Origin: Candidatus Heimdallarchaeota archaeon
GTDB lineage: Archaea; Asgardarchaeota; Heimdallarchaeia; Hodarchaeales; Hodarchaeaceae
Assembly: GCA_020353515.1 (NCBI GenBank)
Contig: CP070695.1
Span: forward strand, 4,753,414-4,817,413
DNA length: 64,000 nt
Direction of reading: 5' to 3'
The notes beneath the pieces were generated by a model. That model ran no database searches and was not told the origin of the DNA. It saw only the letters and a list, made by a program, of their open reading frames with translations. Below are positions 25,465 through 35,393 of the stretch, in pieces; positions within the stretch are counted from its first letter, which is position 1, and every line of letters begins with the position of its first letter. The position numbers and the translations under genes are program-made.

Positions 25465-27696
25465 TTGCCAGGTCGTTTTACATCAAGATACTTTGGTCGA
25501 GATAAGTTATCTAATGCTGATTTAGAGAAATTAGAATATCTCAAAAGACAAATCTTGAAATGTTATGACTTTATTCAAAAGGGGAACTATGAAAAGGGGT
25601 TAAATCTGGCAGAACAGACATATAAAGAAAGCGAAGAAAATGAAAACTTCATGAAAAGACCAATAATCGTTGACACTACTATCTGTCAAGGATACGCTTT
25701 ATTAGGGCTTGGGAGGCTTGATGAATGCCTTAATATGGTTGAGAAAGGGGAAAACTTACTTGATTCGGTAGAAAATATCAAGAAAAATGAATTGGTTGAG
25801 AAACAAGCAATAATGAGCGAATTAAAAGCTATACTGTATAGACATAAAGGGAATAATATATTAGCATACGACTTTTTAAACAAATCCTCATCTATAATGG
25901 AAAAACTCAAAGAAAAGGGAAATCAGGCAGGATTACTCAATAATATTGCCATTGTTCATGCTTCTGACAACAAACTTGAATCTGCTCTTGAATTTCTACA
26001 ACAAAGTCTAGCAACATTTGAAGAACTTAATATTGTGCGTCCTAAACTAAAAGTGCTCAATAATATTGGACTTATTCATGCTTTAAAAGGGGAATTGGAT
26101 TCAGCTTTGGAATACTATCAAAAAAGTTTGGATGGAGTTGGAGATCTCAACGATAAACAATCTGAAGCAACTTTACTTATGAATATTGGACAAATTTACC
26201 ACAATAAGGGAGAGATAGAATCTGCAGTAAAATATGGTCAGAAAAGTAGAGAGATATTTGAAAAAATCCAGTCTGCTTATGGAAGGGCAATTTGCCTTAA
26301 CACGCTTGGAATAATACATGAACTTAGAGGAGAGTTGTACGACGCACATGATTTATACACAAAAGGATTCATTTTCTTTAAAGAAGTGGATAACAAACCT
26401 AAAATTGCATTGAGTTACAATAATATTGGTAATACGTATTTAGATGGCGGAGATGTTGACAGAGCGATATCACATTATAATGAAGCGTTAGCGATTTTCA
26501 AAAATGATGGGAGCGATCTTGAAATTTGTATGACACTGTATAATTTAATCTCTGTACATATCCAACGCGGTTTAAAAGAAATTTCACAGCAATATCTACA
26601 AGATCTTCAAAAAATCAATGAAAAAAGGAAAGATAAGATCATCGATCAAATCTATCAACTAGCACGGGCTCTTATCCTGAAAACAAGCGAGAGAGTTGTC
26701 AAACAGGCCGAAGCACAACAAATTTTTCAAAAAATAATAGAAGCAAATGTAAATCATGAATTCACAGTCATTGCTAAGAAAAATCTGTGTGAATTACTCA
26801 TTCAAGAACTTTCCACTTCAGGAGATGAAGAAATTCTTGGTGAAATTAAAGAGATTTCCCAAGAATTATTGTCCATTGCTGAAAAACAACAATCGTCTTC
26901 ATTACTCATTGAAACTTACATTTTACAGTCAAAAATGGCCTTGTTGGAGTTAGACCTAGACATAGCTCGTCAGCTCTTAAGTGATGCCCGACAAAAAGCC
27001 GAAGAAAAAGAATTGCAAAGGTTGGGCGTGATGGTGTCAAGAGAATATGACTCCTTGCTATCACAATTGAGTAAGTGGACGGATCTAGCTGATCGTGATG
27101 TTTCTTTAGCAGAAAGGTTAGAATTAGCAGAACTTGAAAGTATGGTCACCCGTTTAATCAGAAAAAAAGCAGAAATCGACGAACTTTCAGAAGAAGAACC
27201 AGTGTTATTTTTGATCCTAGCTAGGAGTGGAATGAGTATGTTTTCTAAACATTTTATGTCAGAAAGTCTTCTTGTGGATCAACTTATTGGTGGGTTCTTA
27301 ACAGCAATTAATGCTTTTACGCAACAAGCGTTTTCTGATTCAGGTACAATTGAAGGTATTAAACACAGGGAATATACAATCCTTATGAATCCTACAGATC
27401 AGTTACTCTGTTGTTATGTGTTTAAAGGTCCTTCATATTATGCACTCCAGAAATTAAAGAATTTTAGCGAAACAGTGAAAGTTTCAGACGCTATATGGGA
27501 AAAAATGCTAAAAGCCAGTATGATAGGCCAGGATATCTCAGGAGAAAAGGAAATTCAAGATTTAGTATCGAAAATTATTCTCTCGTCTTCCGAGGAAATG
27601 ATTGAAAGTACCTCTGAAGTTTTTTTTGGTCAGAAAATGAATGTACCAATCGAACACGGCATTTTCCTAGACATACCTTTTTTTGATGTCAATTAA
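25465..27696 (+). CDS. TPR-repeat protein with C-terminal longin-like domain
   Basis: Repeated LNNIG.I...KG....AL.Y.QKSL TPRs; C-terminal LIL..SG...FS..F...LIGGFLTAINAF...LLCCYVFKG. Confidence 0.8.
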   Translation: MPGRFTSRYFGRDKLSNADLEKLEYLKRQILKCYDFIQKGNYEKGLNLAEQTYKESEENENFMKRPIIVDTTICQGYALLGLGRLDECLNMVEKGENLLDSVENIKKNELVEKQAIMSELKAILYRHKGNNILAYDFLNKSSSIMEKLKEKGNQAGLLNNIAIVHASDNKLESALEFLQQSLATFEELNIVRPKLKVLNNIGLIHALKGELDSALEYYQKSLDGVGDLNDKQSEATLLMNIGQIYHNKGEIESAVKYGQKSREIFEKIQSAYGRAICLNTLGIIHELRGELYDAHDLYTKGFIFFKEVDNKPKIALSYNNIGNTYLDGGDVDRAISHYNEALAIFKNDGSDLEICMTLYNLISVHIQRGLKEISQQYLQDLQKINEKRKDKIIDQIYQLARALILKTSERVVKQAEAQQIFQKIIEANVNHEFTVIAKKNLCELLIQELSTSGDEEILGEIKEISQELLSIAEKQQSSSLLIETYILQSKMALLELDLDIARQLLSDARQKAEEKELQRLGVMVSREYDSLLSQLSKWTDLADRDVSLAERLELAELESMVTRLIRKKAEIDELSEEEPVLFLILARSGMSMFSKHFMSESLLVDQLIGGFLTAINAFTQQAFSDSGTIEGIKHREYTILMNPTDQLLCCYVFKGPSYYALQKLKNFSETVKVSDAIWEKMLKASMIGQDISGEKEIQDLVSKIILSSSEEMIESTSEVFFGQKMNVPIEHGIFLDIPFFDVN

Positions 27697-27824
27697 AATT
27701 TTTAAAGGTTTGATCATTGGTCACTTGCGATCGATCAAATCAAAAATAAAACTGTAAAATCAATCCTTGAAATATCCTTGACCCTTTTTTCGATTTTCAA
27801 GCATTAGCATAACTACAAATAAAA

Positions 27825-30092
27825 ATGGATGAATTAATCTTGGCAGTTTCTTTCATATCTGATCTTATCACGCGTCTAAAGGCGAAATTAAAACTTGAGG
27901 GCCCCACACAGAAATTAGAACAGGTGGAGCGACTCATTCAAGAAGGAAAACTTGACGAAGCTATGAGGGAGATTCAGCTCTATGAGGATATGAAAAACTT
28001 AACAGAAAATGATCGCCTTAGAGGCCAGATCTTGAAATGTGAAATCTTAAACGAAAAAAGAGATTATAAGAATGGATTGAAACTATCTAAACAGATATTG
28101 GAGGAGAGTGAAGGGCTAGGACAGTCCTTATTAATGATAGATGCAATGATTTGCCAAGGAAACGCTTTACTAGGAATGGGTGAACTTGACGATTCCTTCA
28201 AGATCACTGAAAAGGTAGAAGTTCTGTTAAAAAAGATTGAAGACATTAAAGAGAGAGAATATGATACAAGACATGCTGCAACAACCGAGCTCAAGGGGAA
28301 AATATGCCGTAGAAAGGGTGATATGAATCTTGCTTTAGATCTCCTCCAAGAATCACTTTCTATTAGAGAAAAACTCAAGGATTTTCATGCTAAAGCTGAT
28401 TTACTCAATAATATGGGCATAATTCATGCATCAAAAGGAGAATTTGACCCCGCTCTAGACTATCTTCAAAAAAGTCTAGAAATATATGAAGAACTAAAAA
28501 TGGAACAACCAATAATCAAGTTATTCAATAACATTGGACTGATTTACTCGTACAAGGGTGAACTGGATAAATCATTAGAATACTACCAAAAAAGCTTAGA
28601 TCTAAGTGAAAAATTCGAGAATAAACAAATTTCTGCAACATTATTACTGAATATTGGTCAGATATATCTTAGTAAGGGGGAGTTGGACTTTGCTTTGGAC
28701 TACAACCAGCGAAGCCTAGCATTATATGAAGAGTTAGATAGCACATATGAACTTGCCATTTGCCTCAATAATATTGGGAATATTTTCGAAAGTAAGGGAG
28801 AATTAGTACAAGCGCTTGAAGTATATACAAGAAGTTTAAACCTGTTTGAAAAAATTCAGGAGAAATCAGGTACCGCTTTGAGTATGAATAACATTGGTAA
28901 TGTCTATAGAAGCAGAGGGGAAGCAACTGAAGCAATATCTTATTATACAAAGAGTCTTGAATTACTCGAGGAGGCTGGAAACAACCTCGAAGCAAGCAGC
29001 GCTCTTCTCAATCTGGTTCTGATGACAATATATTGGGAAGATGTTGGGGAACCTCAACCATACTTACAAAAATTGCAAGAAATTGATAATAAAGAGGAAA
29101 ACAAAGCTATCAATCAAATTTATCGCCTTGCAAAAGCTATTGTCTTAAGAAAAAGCGCAAGAGTAGTTAAACAAGCTGAAGCGCAACAAATTTTCCAACA
29201 AATAGCAGAAGAAGAGATTATACAACATGAACGTACAGTTGATGCAATGCTGAACCTTTGTGAAATGCTTTTACTTGAATTAAGAACTTCTGGAAATGAG
29301 GAAGTCCTTAAAGAAATCACAGGAATTTTGGAGAAACTACAAACGATTGGTGAAAATCAACATTCCTACTCATTACTTGTAGATACATATATGCTGAAAT
29401 CGAAAATGGCACTGTTAGAGTTGGATCTTGATTCAGCACGACAATTATTAGGTGAAGCACAACAAATGGCTGAAGAAAAAGGTCTACGAAATTTAGCTAT
29501 GATGATTTCCGGAGAATACGACACTTTAATGGATCAATTAGGGAAGTGGACTGATTTAATTGATCAAAATGTTCCAATGATTGAGAAGTTGGAACTGACT
29601 GAATTGGAGGGGATGGTATCAAGGATAATTAGAAAAAAGGCAGAAACACCTGAGTTTGCAGGTGAAGAACCTGCATTATTCTTAATTCTTACAGAAACTG
29701 GAACGATGAGATTTTCCAAACAATTTGCCCCGGAGGGCACCCTAGACGATAAGGTTATCGGAGATCTCTTAACTGCTATCAATAATTTCATTCAGGAAAC
29801 ATTTGCTGCCACGGGGTCAATTGAACGTATAAAACATAAAGAGCATACACTATTGATGAAACCTATTGACCCATTGTTATGTTGTTATGTATTTAAAGGC
29901 CAATCTTATTCTGCTCTTCGAAAATTAGACACATTTATTGATACAGTCAAGGGTTCAAGATCTTTATGGAGATTATTAACTAGTACGACTAAATCAGATA
30001 AAACAATATCCGCAGAAAAAAAGATGGAAGATATAGTTTCTAATATTTTTCTTTCACAAGACAGTTCTGCTGTCCTCCAAGTTGAAAATTAA
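27825..30092 (+). CDS. TPR-repeat protein with C-terminal longin-like domain (paralog of upstream gene)
   Basis: Same architecture; shared blocks RVVKQAEAQQIFQ, SKMALLELDLD and LLCCYVFKG. Confidence 0.8.
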   Translation: MDELILAVSFISDLITRLKAKLKLEGPTQKLEQVERLIQEGKLDEAMREIQLYEDMKNLTENDRLRGQILKCEILNEKRDYKNGLKLSKQILEESEGLGQSLLMIDAMICQGNALLGMGELDDSFKITEKVEVLLKKIEDIKEREYDTRHAATTELKGKICRRKGDMNLALDLLQESLSIREKLKDFHAKADLLNNMGIIHASKGEFDPALDYLQKSLEIYEELKMEQPIIKLFNNIGLIYSYKGELDKSLEYYQKSLDLSEKFENKQISATLLLNIGQIYLSKGELDFALDYNQRSLALYEELDSTYELAICLNNIGNIFESKGELVQALEVYTRSLNLFEKIQEKSGTALSMNNIGNVYRSRGEATEAISYYTKSLELLEEAGNNLEASSALLNLVLMTIYWEDVGEPQPYLQKLQEIDNKEENKAINQIYRLAKAIVLRKSARVVKQAEAQQIFQQIAEEEIIQHERTVDAMLNLCEMLLLELRTSGNEEVLKEITGILEKLQTIGENQHSYSLLVDTYMLKSKMALLELDLDSARQLLGEAQQMAEEKGLRNLAMMISGEYDTLMDQLGKWTDLIDQNVPMIEKLELTELEGMVSRIIRKKAETPEFAGEEPALFLILTETGTMRFSKQFAPEGTLDDKVIGDLLTAINNFIQETFAATGSIERIKHKEHTLLMKPIDPLLCCYVFKGQSYSALRKLDTFIDTVKGSRSLWRLLTSTTKSDKTISAEKKMEDIVSNIFLSQDSSAVLQVEN

Positions 30093-30124
30093 AAAAAGAA
30101 GCCAAGAAGAGGGAGAATATCTTA

Positions 30125-30750
30125 TTAATTAGATTCAATCGAACTGATAATTCTTGAACATATAGAACCAATGGCTTTATGCAGGTTATTGACTGTAATG
30201 TCTTCTTTCGTCAAATCAGAAAGAGACAATGAATGAATATAGGTTCCATTAGGAGTAGTGAATTCTAATTTCAGGATTTTTTCTTCTGTTGTTACATTTA
30301 TTTCTAATTTGTATTTCTCATTAAGTCTGAAAGCCATTTTATGCTTTTTTTCCCGAAGTAAGTGCCACTAGTGATTGGAATATAACCTTGTTTTATCATA
30401 GACTCATAAATGTACACTGAGAATAATCTTGCTTCTCTGATTGAATAAGTATCTTCCTCAATAGGAATCTGTTCTAATTTGGCAAGCTTTGAAGTTGCTA
30501 ACTGAAGAACAATCGGGATTACTTTAAAACAAGGTGTTTTCCCAAGTGGATCCACTGCGGAATCTGTGAGTCTGTTTACAAGTGCATCATTATAATGAAA
30601 TGGAACAAAAACGTGACCACGGATAATATTTGTAGATATTCTTGCTTCAGCTGTTATTGCCCCTAGTGGTGATCTAACCTCAACAAGATCTCCATCTTCA
30701 ATAAGTAGGATTCGGGCATCCTCCCTATTGATGCTAACTAAAGCCTGTTC
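30125..30750 (-). pseudogene. fdhF: 3' remnant of a second fdhF copy, frameshifted at an A7 run
   Basis: INREDA...SPLG...GHVFVPFHY.DALVN.L.DSAVDPLG.TPCFKVIP matches the intact FdhF C-terminus. One extra A at 30345-30351 restores YFGKKKHKMAFRLN, colinear with YFGAKTQRITFKLN. Confidence 0.85.
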
Positions 30751-30925
30751 CAAAATACTGTGCAGTTTCAACTTTTACTGTTGTCATTAAAATTCCTCCA
30801 AATCCAATATAAACACCAGCTAGTATTCCAAGTGTCAACAATCGATCAACACTTTTATGTGCCTTTTCAACTGATGTATGGTTAGCTAAAACCTCAGCAA
30901 TTTCTTTTGGACTTTTAATAGGCAT
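30734..30925 (-). pseudogene. fdhC: 5' remnant of formate/nitrite transporter (FdhC/FocA family)
   Basis: MPIKSPKEIAE...K...LLTLGILAGVYIGFGG is the FNT N-terminus; it stops after 63 aa at the junction with the fdhF remnant. Confidence 0.8.
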
Positions 30926-30983
30926 TATAAATCACTCACAAAATATAAGACTCAAGAGAAACAAAGTATTAAAAAATATTGGA

Positions 30984-31754
30984 GTGCTTAATGATTTGCA
31001 AAAGAAAGAGATCTTCAGATACATTCAAGGCAAGAAAGAAAAATACTTCGATTCTATTGTGAATGAACACCTGATCAAACTCTTCATAAATCAAAGAGAG
31101 TCATTCCTATTTCAGACCTTCCCCCTTGATAATGATGAGTTAGTAACTGGTTTCTTATACTCTAAAAAAATTATTTCGTCAATAAGGGATATTCAACGAT
31201 CTTTTTTTAATGAACTGACCAATGAATATCATATTTCTATTCAGAATGGTTTGAAAATCAATTACAGCTCATTGACGACTCCTATCTCAAGAAATATCAA
31301 TGATACTACTTTTAACAAAATCAACGATTCACACTCAATGGAAGAGCCCCTCATAGTAGAAAAAGATAAAATTTTTGCCTTTATGGAAGAATTCAATAGT
31401 TTATCCGATGTGTTTGACAAAACAGGAGCCGTTCATACCGCAGCTATATCAAACACTTCAGAAATAAAATATTATTATGATGATATTGGAAGACATAATG
31501 CTATTGATAAATGCTTAGGAAAAGGACTTATTGACAACGTTAAATTAGAGAATAAAATATTACTAGTAACTTGTCGTATTTCTTCAGGTATTATTTCAAA
31601 GATAATTAATAGTAGAATACCCATTATTATTTCACGCGCTCCTCCAACAGCTTATGCAATTGAACTTGGCGAAAAATTCGGAATTACTATTATTGGATTC
31701 TGTAGAGGATTTAGATTCAATGTTTACTCTCATGTAGGAAGAATTCAGGATTGA
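30984..31754 (+). CDS. fdhD: Formate dehydrogenase accessory sulfurtransferase FdhD
   Basis: ELVTGFLYS, TGAVHTAA, DIGRHNAIDK, SRAPPT and GF.R..RFNVYS motifs. Confidence 0.9.
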   Translation: MLNDLQKKEIFRYIQGKKEKYFDSIVNEHLIKLFINQRESFLFQTFPLDNDELVTGFLYSKKIISSIRDIQRSFFNELTNEYHISIQNGLKINYSSLTTPISRNINDTTFNKINDSHSMEEPLIVEKDKIFAFMEEFNSLSDVFDKTGAVHTAAISNTSEIKYYYDDIGRHNAIDKCLGKGLIDNVKLENKILLVTCRISSGIISKIINSRIPIIISRAPPTAYAIELGEKFGITIIGFCRGFRFNVYSHVGRIQD

Positions 31755-31892
31755 TATTTGACCGAATTATTATTAGTTTCGATAAACGTACCCCTAAAAA
31801 ATAAAAAAACATGCATAGAAGCGCAACGTAATTACCACTGGAGTTATTACTGAAATAAACTTGATATCATAGAAAAATGGACGGTAAGGAGA

Positions 31893-33602
31893 ATGAAAGA
31901 TGTTGCAATTGTGATTTGTGGAGCAGCAGGTCAAGGAATCGCCACAGTAGAAGATTTAATTACTGGAATTCTCAAACAGGCTGGATATCATTGTTATAGT
32001 ACGAGTGAATTCATGTCGAGAATTCGAGGAGGCACAAATTCCACATTAATACGTGTATCATCTACTAGAATTAACCCTGCATTCGTTGATCGCATTGATA
32101 TTTTAGTTCCTCTTCACTCTTCGGCCCTACCCCACCTGAAACACCGAATATCAGCGACCACAATTATTTTGGGTGAGGAAAAGAATATCGATGAACAATA
32201 TTGTGTTAATCAAGAAAAAGTAATCAAACTGCCATTCTCTGAAATTGCAAAAGAAATAGGTGGAGCTATTTACGCAAACATTGTCGCAGTTGGAATATTT
32301 TTAACTCTTTTTGAAGTAGAAGAAGATATATCTGAAGGATTTCTTACAAAAAGATTTACCAGAAAAGGAGAAAATATCGTCAAACAGAATATTGAAGCTT
32401 ATAAGAAGGGATACTCGATTGGAAAGGAGCTAGTTGCTTCTGGTAAGTTTTCAAATCCACTTCGGAATGATACATCAGTTATAGATGACATAGTTCTTAG
32501 TGGTGCTGAAGCGATAGGAATGGGGGCGGTTGCAGGAGGATGTAATTTTATTAGTTCATATCCGATGTCACCCAGCACAAGTGTACTTGTATTTTTATCC
32601 CAACAGGCAGATAATTTCGATATCATTGTTGATCAAGCTGAAGACGAAATAGCAGCTATCAATAAAGGTATTGCAGCTTGGTATGCTGGGGGAAGGGGAA
32701 TGATTACGACTTCAGGAGGAGGATTTGCGTTAATGACAGAAGGGGTGTCATTAGCAGGCATGCTTGAAACACCTATGGTTCTTCACATCGGCCAACGTCC
32801 AGGGCCTGCAACAGGATTACCCACAAGGACTGGTCAAGAAGATTTACAACATGTTCTAAACGCAGGTCATGGAGAATTTGCTAGGATTATCCTAACACCA
32901 GGAAATCCACAAGACGCCTTTTTTCTGACACAAAAAGCATTCAATCTTGCAGATAAATTTCAGGTTCCAGTTTTCATACTTACAGACCAATTTTTCTTAG
33001 ATTCGCACTATTCGATACCTGATTTAGATATGTCAAAAATAAGTAATAAGAAACAGATTGTGAAAACGACCCCTGACTATAAACGCTATAGACTTACTGA
33101 TAATGGAATTTCGCCAAGGGGGATTCCTGGATATGGTAATGGTCTGGTTAATGTTGACAGTGATGAACACGATGAAGATGGTCATATTACAGAAGACGTC
33201 CACGTGATCAGACCACAAATGGTTCAAAAAAGACTCTACAAAAGACTTGCTTTACTGAAGAAAGAGGTTATTGAGCCGGAATTAATTGGAAATGAGGATT
33301 ATAAAACTCTTGTAATCGGATGGGGATCTACATATGGAGTTATTAAAGAAGCTGTCGAAAATATGGCAAGGGATGATCTTGCTTTCCTCTATTTCAAACA
33401 AGTCTATCCTTTGAATGATAGAATTGGTGAATTTCTAAGAAAAGCAGAAAAAACTATTATTTTAGAAAACAATGCAACTTCTCAATTTGGCAAGGTACTC
33501 AAACTAGAACTAAATTTTGATGCTGATGAGCATTTTCTCAAGTATAATGGAATGCCTTTCTCCGTGGAAGAAGTAACAACATTTCTAGAAGAGAATTTAT
33601 GA
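31893..33602 (+). CDS. korA: 2-oxoacid:ferredoxin oxidoreductase alpha subunit (gamma-alpha fused)
   Basis: [37 protein letters not shown] and [11 protein letters not shown] motifs; substrate specificity not determinable. Confidence 0.92.
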   Translation: MKDVAIVICGAAGQGIATVEDLITGILKQAGYHCYSTSEFMSRIRGGTNSTLIRVSSTRINPAFVDRIDILVPLHSSALPHLKHRISATTIILGEEKNIDEQYCVNQEKVIKLPFSEIAKEIGGAIYANIVAVGIFLTLFEVEEDISEGFLTKRFTRKGENIVKQNIEAYKKGYSIGKELVASGKFSNPLRNDTSVIDDIVLSGAEAIGMGAVAGGCNFISSYPMSPSTSVLVFLSQQADNFDIIVDQAEDEIAAINKGIAAWYAGGRGMITTSGGGFALMTEGVSLAGMLETPMVLHIGQRPGPATGLPTRTGQEDLQHVLNAGHGEFARIILTPGNPQDAFFLTQKAFNLADKFQVPVFILTDQFFLDSHYSIPDLDMSKISNKKQIVKTTPDYKRYRLTDNGISPRGIPGYGNGLVNVDSDEHDEDGHITEDVHVIRPQMVQKRLYKRLALLKKEVIEPELIGNEDYKTLVIGWGSTYGVIKEAVENMARDDLAFLYFKQVYPLNDRIGEFLRKAEKTIILENNATSQFGKVLKLELNFDADEHFLKYNGMPFSVEEVTTFLEENL

Positions 33603-33614
33603 AGGGATAATGAA

Positions 33615-34478
33615 ATGACAACAACTATATTTGATATGTCTGAAGACACTGACATTGCATGGTGTCCTGGTTGCGGAAACTTTGGAATTCTCCGTATAGT
33701 AAAAACAGCACTAACCGAGCTAAATATTAAACCAGAAGAATTAGTAATGGTATCAGGAATAGGACAGGCTGCGAAAACTCCTCATTATCTTAGAGCAAAT
33801 ATTTTTAATGGTCTTCATGGTCGAGCGATTGCCGCTGCACTAGCAATTAAAGCTGTAAACCCTAATCTTACAGTTATTGTCGAAAGTGGAGACGGTTGTT
33901 CCTTTGGAGAAGGGGGTAACCATTTCATTCATAACATTCTTAGAAATCCAAATATTACTCACCTTGCACATGACAACATGGTTTATGGTCTTACCAAAGG
34001 ACAAGCATCCCCTACAAGTCAATATGGCTTTATTACACCTGTTCAAGTTCAGGGAGTAACAAATGAACCATTCAATCCAGTCGCATTAGCAATAGCTCTT
34101 GATGCTGCATTTGTAGCTAGAGTCTTCATGGGGGATCAAGAAAAAATGAAACAGATCATCAAAGCAGCAATTAATCACAAGGGCTATTCATTTGTAGACA
34201 TATTGCAGCCATGCGTGTCATTTAATAAAATTAACAGTTGGAAATGGTTCAAAGAGAATACTTACTATTTAGAGGAATCATATAATCCTAATAATAAAGT
34301 GGAAGCATTTAAAAGGTCATTAGAAAAGGAAAAAATCCCTCTAGGAATATTCTATACCACAACAAAGCTCACTTTTGAAGAAAATTTACCAGCATATAGA
34401 GTGAACAAGGATCCCCTTTATAAAAGAGACGTAAACCTAGATAAGCTAAGGAACCTTTTAGATTCAAAAAGAAATTGA
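33615..34478 (+). CDS. korB: 2-oxoacid:ferredoxin oxidoreductase beta subunit
   Basis: [35 protein letters not shown] and QPCVSFN motifs. Confidence 0.92.
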   Translation: MTTTIFDMSEDTDIAWCPGCGNFGILRIVKTALTELNIKPEELVMVSGIGQAAKTPHYLRANIFNGLHGRAIAAALAIKAVNPNLTVIVESGDGCSFGEGGNHFIHNILRNPNITHLAHDNMVYGLTKGQASPTSQYGFITPVQVQGVTNEPFNPVALAIALDAAFVARVFMGDQEKMKQIIKAAINHKGYSFVDILQPCVSFNKINSWKWFKENTYYLEESYNPNNKVEAFKRSLEKEKIPLGIFYTTTKLTFEENLPAYRVNKDPLYKRDVNLDKLRNLLDSKRN

Positions 34479-34523
34479 ATCTAATTTTGAAAAATTCAAT
34501 TGAAATACTCTTTGGTGTTTTCT

Positions 34524-35030
34524 TTGGCAATAAAAGAAGTTCTAATAATTGGAAATCCTGAGCTTAGAGAGAGATCTTCTAAAATATCTGATTTTGGAGA
34601 AAGTCTTCAGGAAATCATAGAGGACTTAAAGGACACACTTACACATCTTCAGAAAACAAAAAAGATTGGTAGAGCCTTAGCAGCTCCACAGATAGGCCAC
34701 ATGAAACAAATAATTTATTATGGCCTTCCTAAGAATCCTTTTGTGATGGTAAATCCAGAAATTACCTCACGAAGTGAGGAGAAATTCTGGGTTTGGGACA
34801 GCTGTTTTAGTTTTGATGTTGCTTTTTTTGTAGAAATAAAACGTCATAAGGAGATTAAAATAAGATACCAAGATGAAAATGGAAAGATTCATGTGAATGA
34901 GTTCGATGACGATATGTCAGAGCTAATTCAACACGAAACAGATCATTTGCATGGAATCCTTGCGACTGATCATTTAACAGATGGTAAAAGAATAATCTTG
35001 AGACAGGAATGGGAAAAAAGATTTGCTTAA
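34524..35030 (+). CDS. def: Peptide deformylase-like protein with variant motifs
   Basis: GNPELR, GRALAAPQIG, MVNPEI, DSCFS (for EGCLS) and QHETDHLHG; probable TTG start at 34524. Confidence 0.85.
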   Translation: MAIKEVLIIGNPELRERSSKISDFGESLQEIIEDLKDTLTHLQKTKKIGRALAAPQIGHMKQIIYYGLPKNPFVMVNPEITSRSEEKFWVWDSCFSFDVAFFVEIKRHKEIKIRYQDENGKIHVNEFDDDMSELIQHETDHLHGILATDHLTDGKRIILRQEWEKRFA

Positions 35031-35040
35031 AAAGTGATTA

Positions 35041-35255
35041 TTAGGAAGACTCTATTTGTGGTATCCGAAGATTAAAAGTAGTTTTGTGCGTGGACGGATC
35101 TAAATCTAATGTCCAAGAATGAGCTTCACAAATTTTTCTAACAATATGTAGACCATAACCTCTGGATCAGGAAGCAAATCAAATATTTTGGCAAATGGTG
35201 AGATTTGTTCCTCTTCTAACAATTTCATTCCCATTAACGCAGGAATTAATAGCAT
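35041..35255 (-). pseudogene. Collapsed sensor histidine kinase remnant (N-terminal stub joined out of frame to HATPase C-terminus)
   Basis: My translation of 35160->35041 is GYGLHIVRKICEAHSWTLDLDPSTHKTTFNLRIPQIESS*, the G2-box end of an HATPase. Immediately upstream, in another frame, is MKLLEEEQISPFAKIFDLLPDP. Confidence 0.7.
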
Positions 35256-35393
35256 TTTGAACGAAAGATCTAATATTAGGGAAGAAAGAATCTTAATCAG
35301 TTCAAAATCCGCTTAGTTAATGTGTTATACTCTATTTTAATCCATGAAGAAATATAAACATATTTTTTTTCCAAAGAAAGGTTACGATTTGAT

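Noticed and set aside
30340-30356. Programmed -1 frameshift at GGGAAAAAAAG in the fdhF remnant
   Set aside because: Codon phase (GGG AAA AAA AGC) does not fit a tandem-slippage heptamer well, and the gene is already 5'-deleted. A homopolymer indel or sequencing error is simpler.
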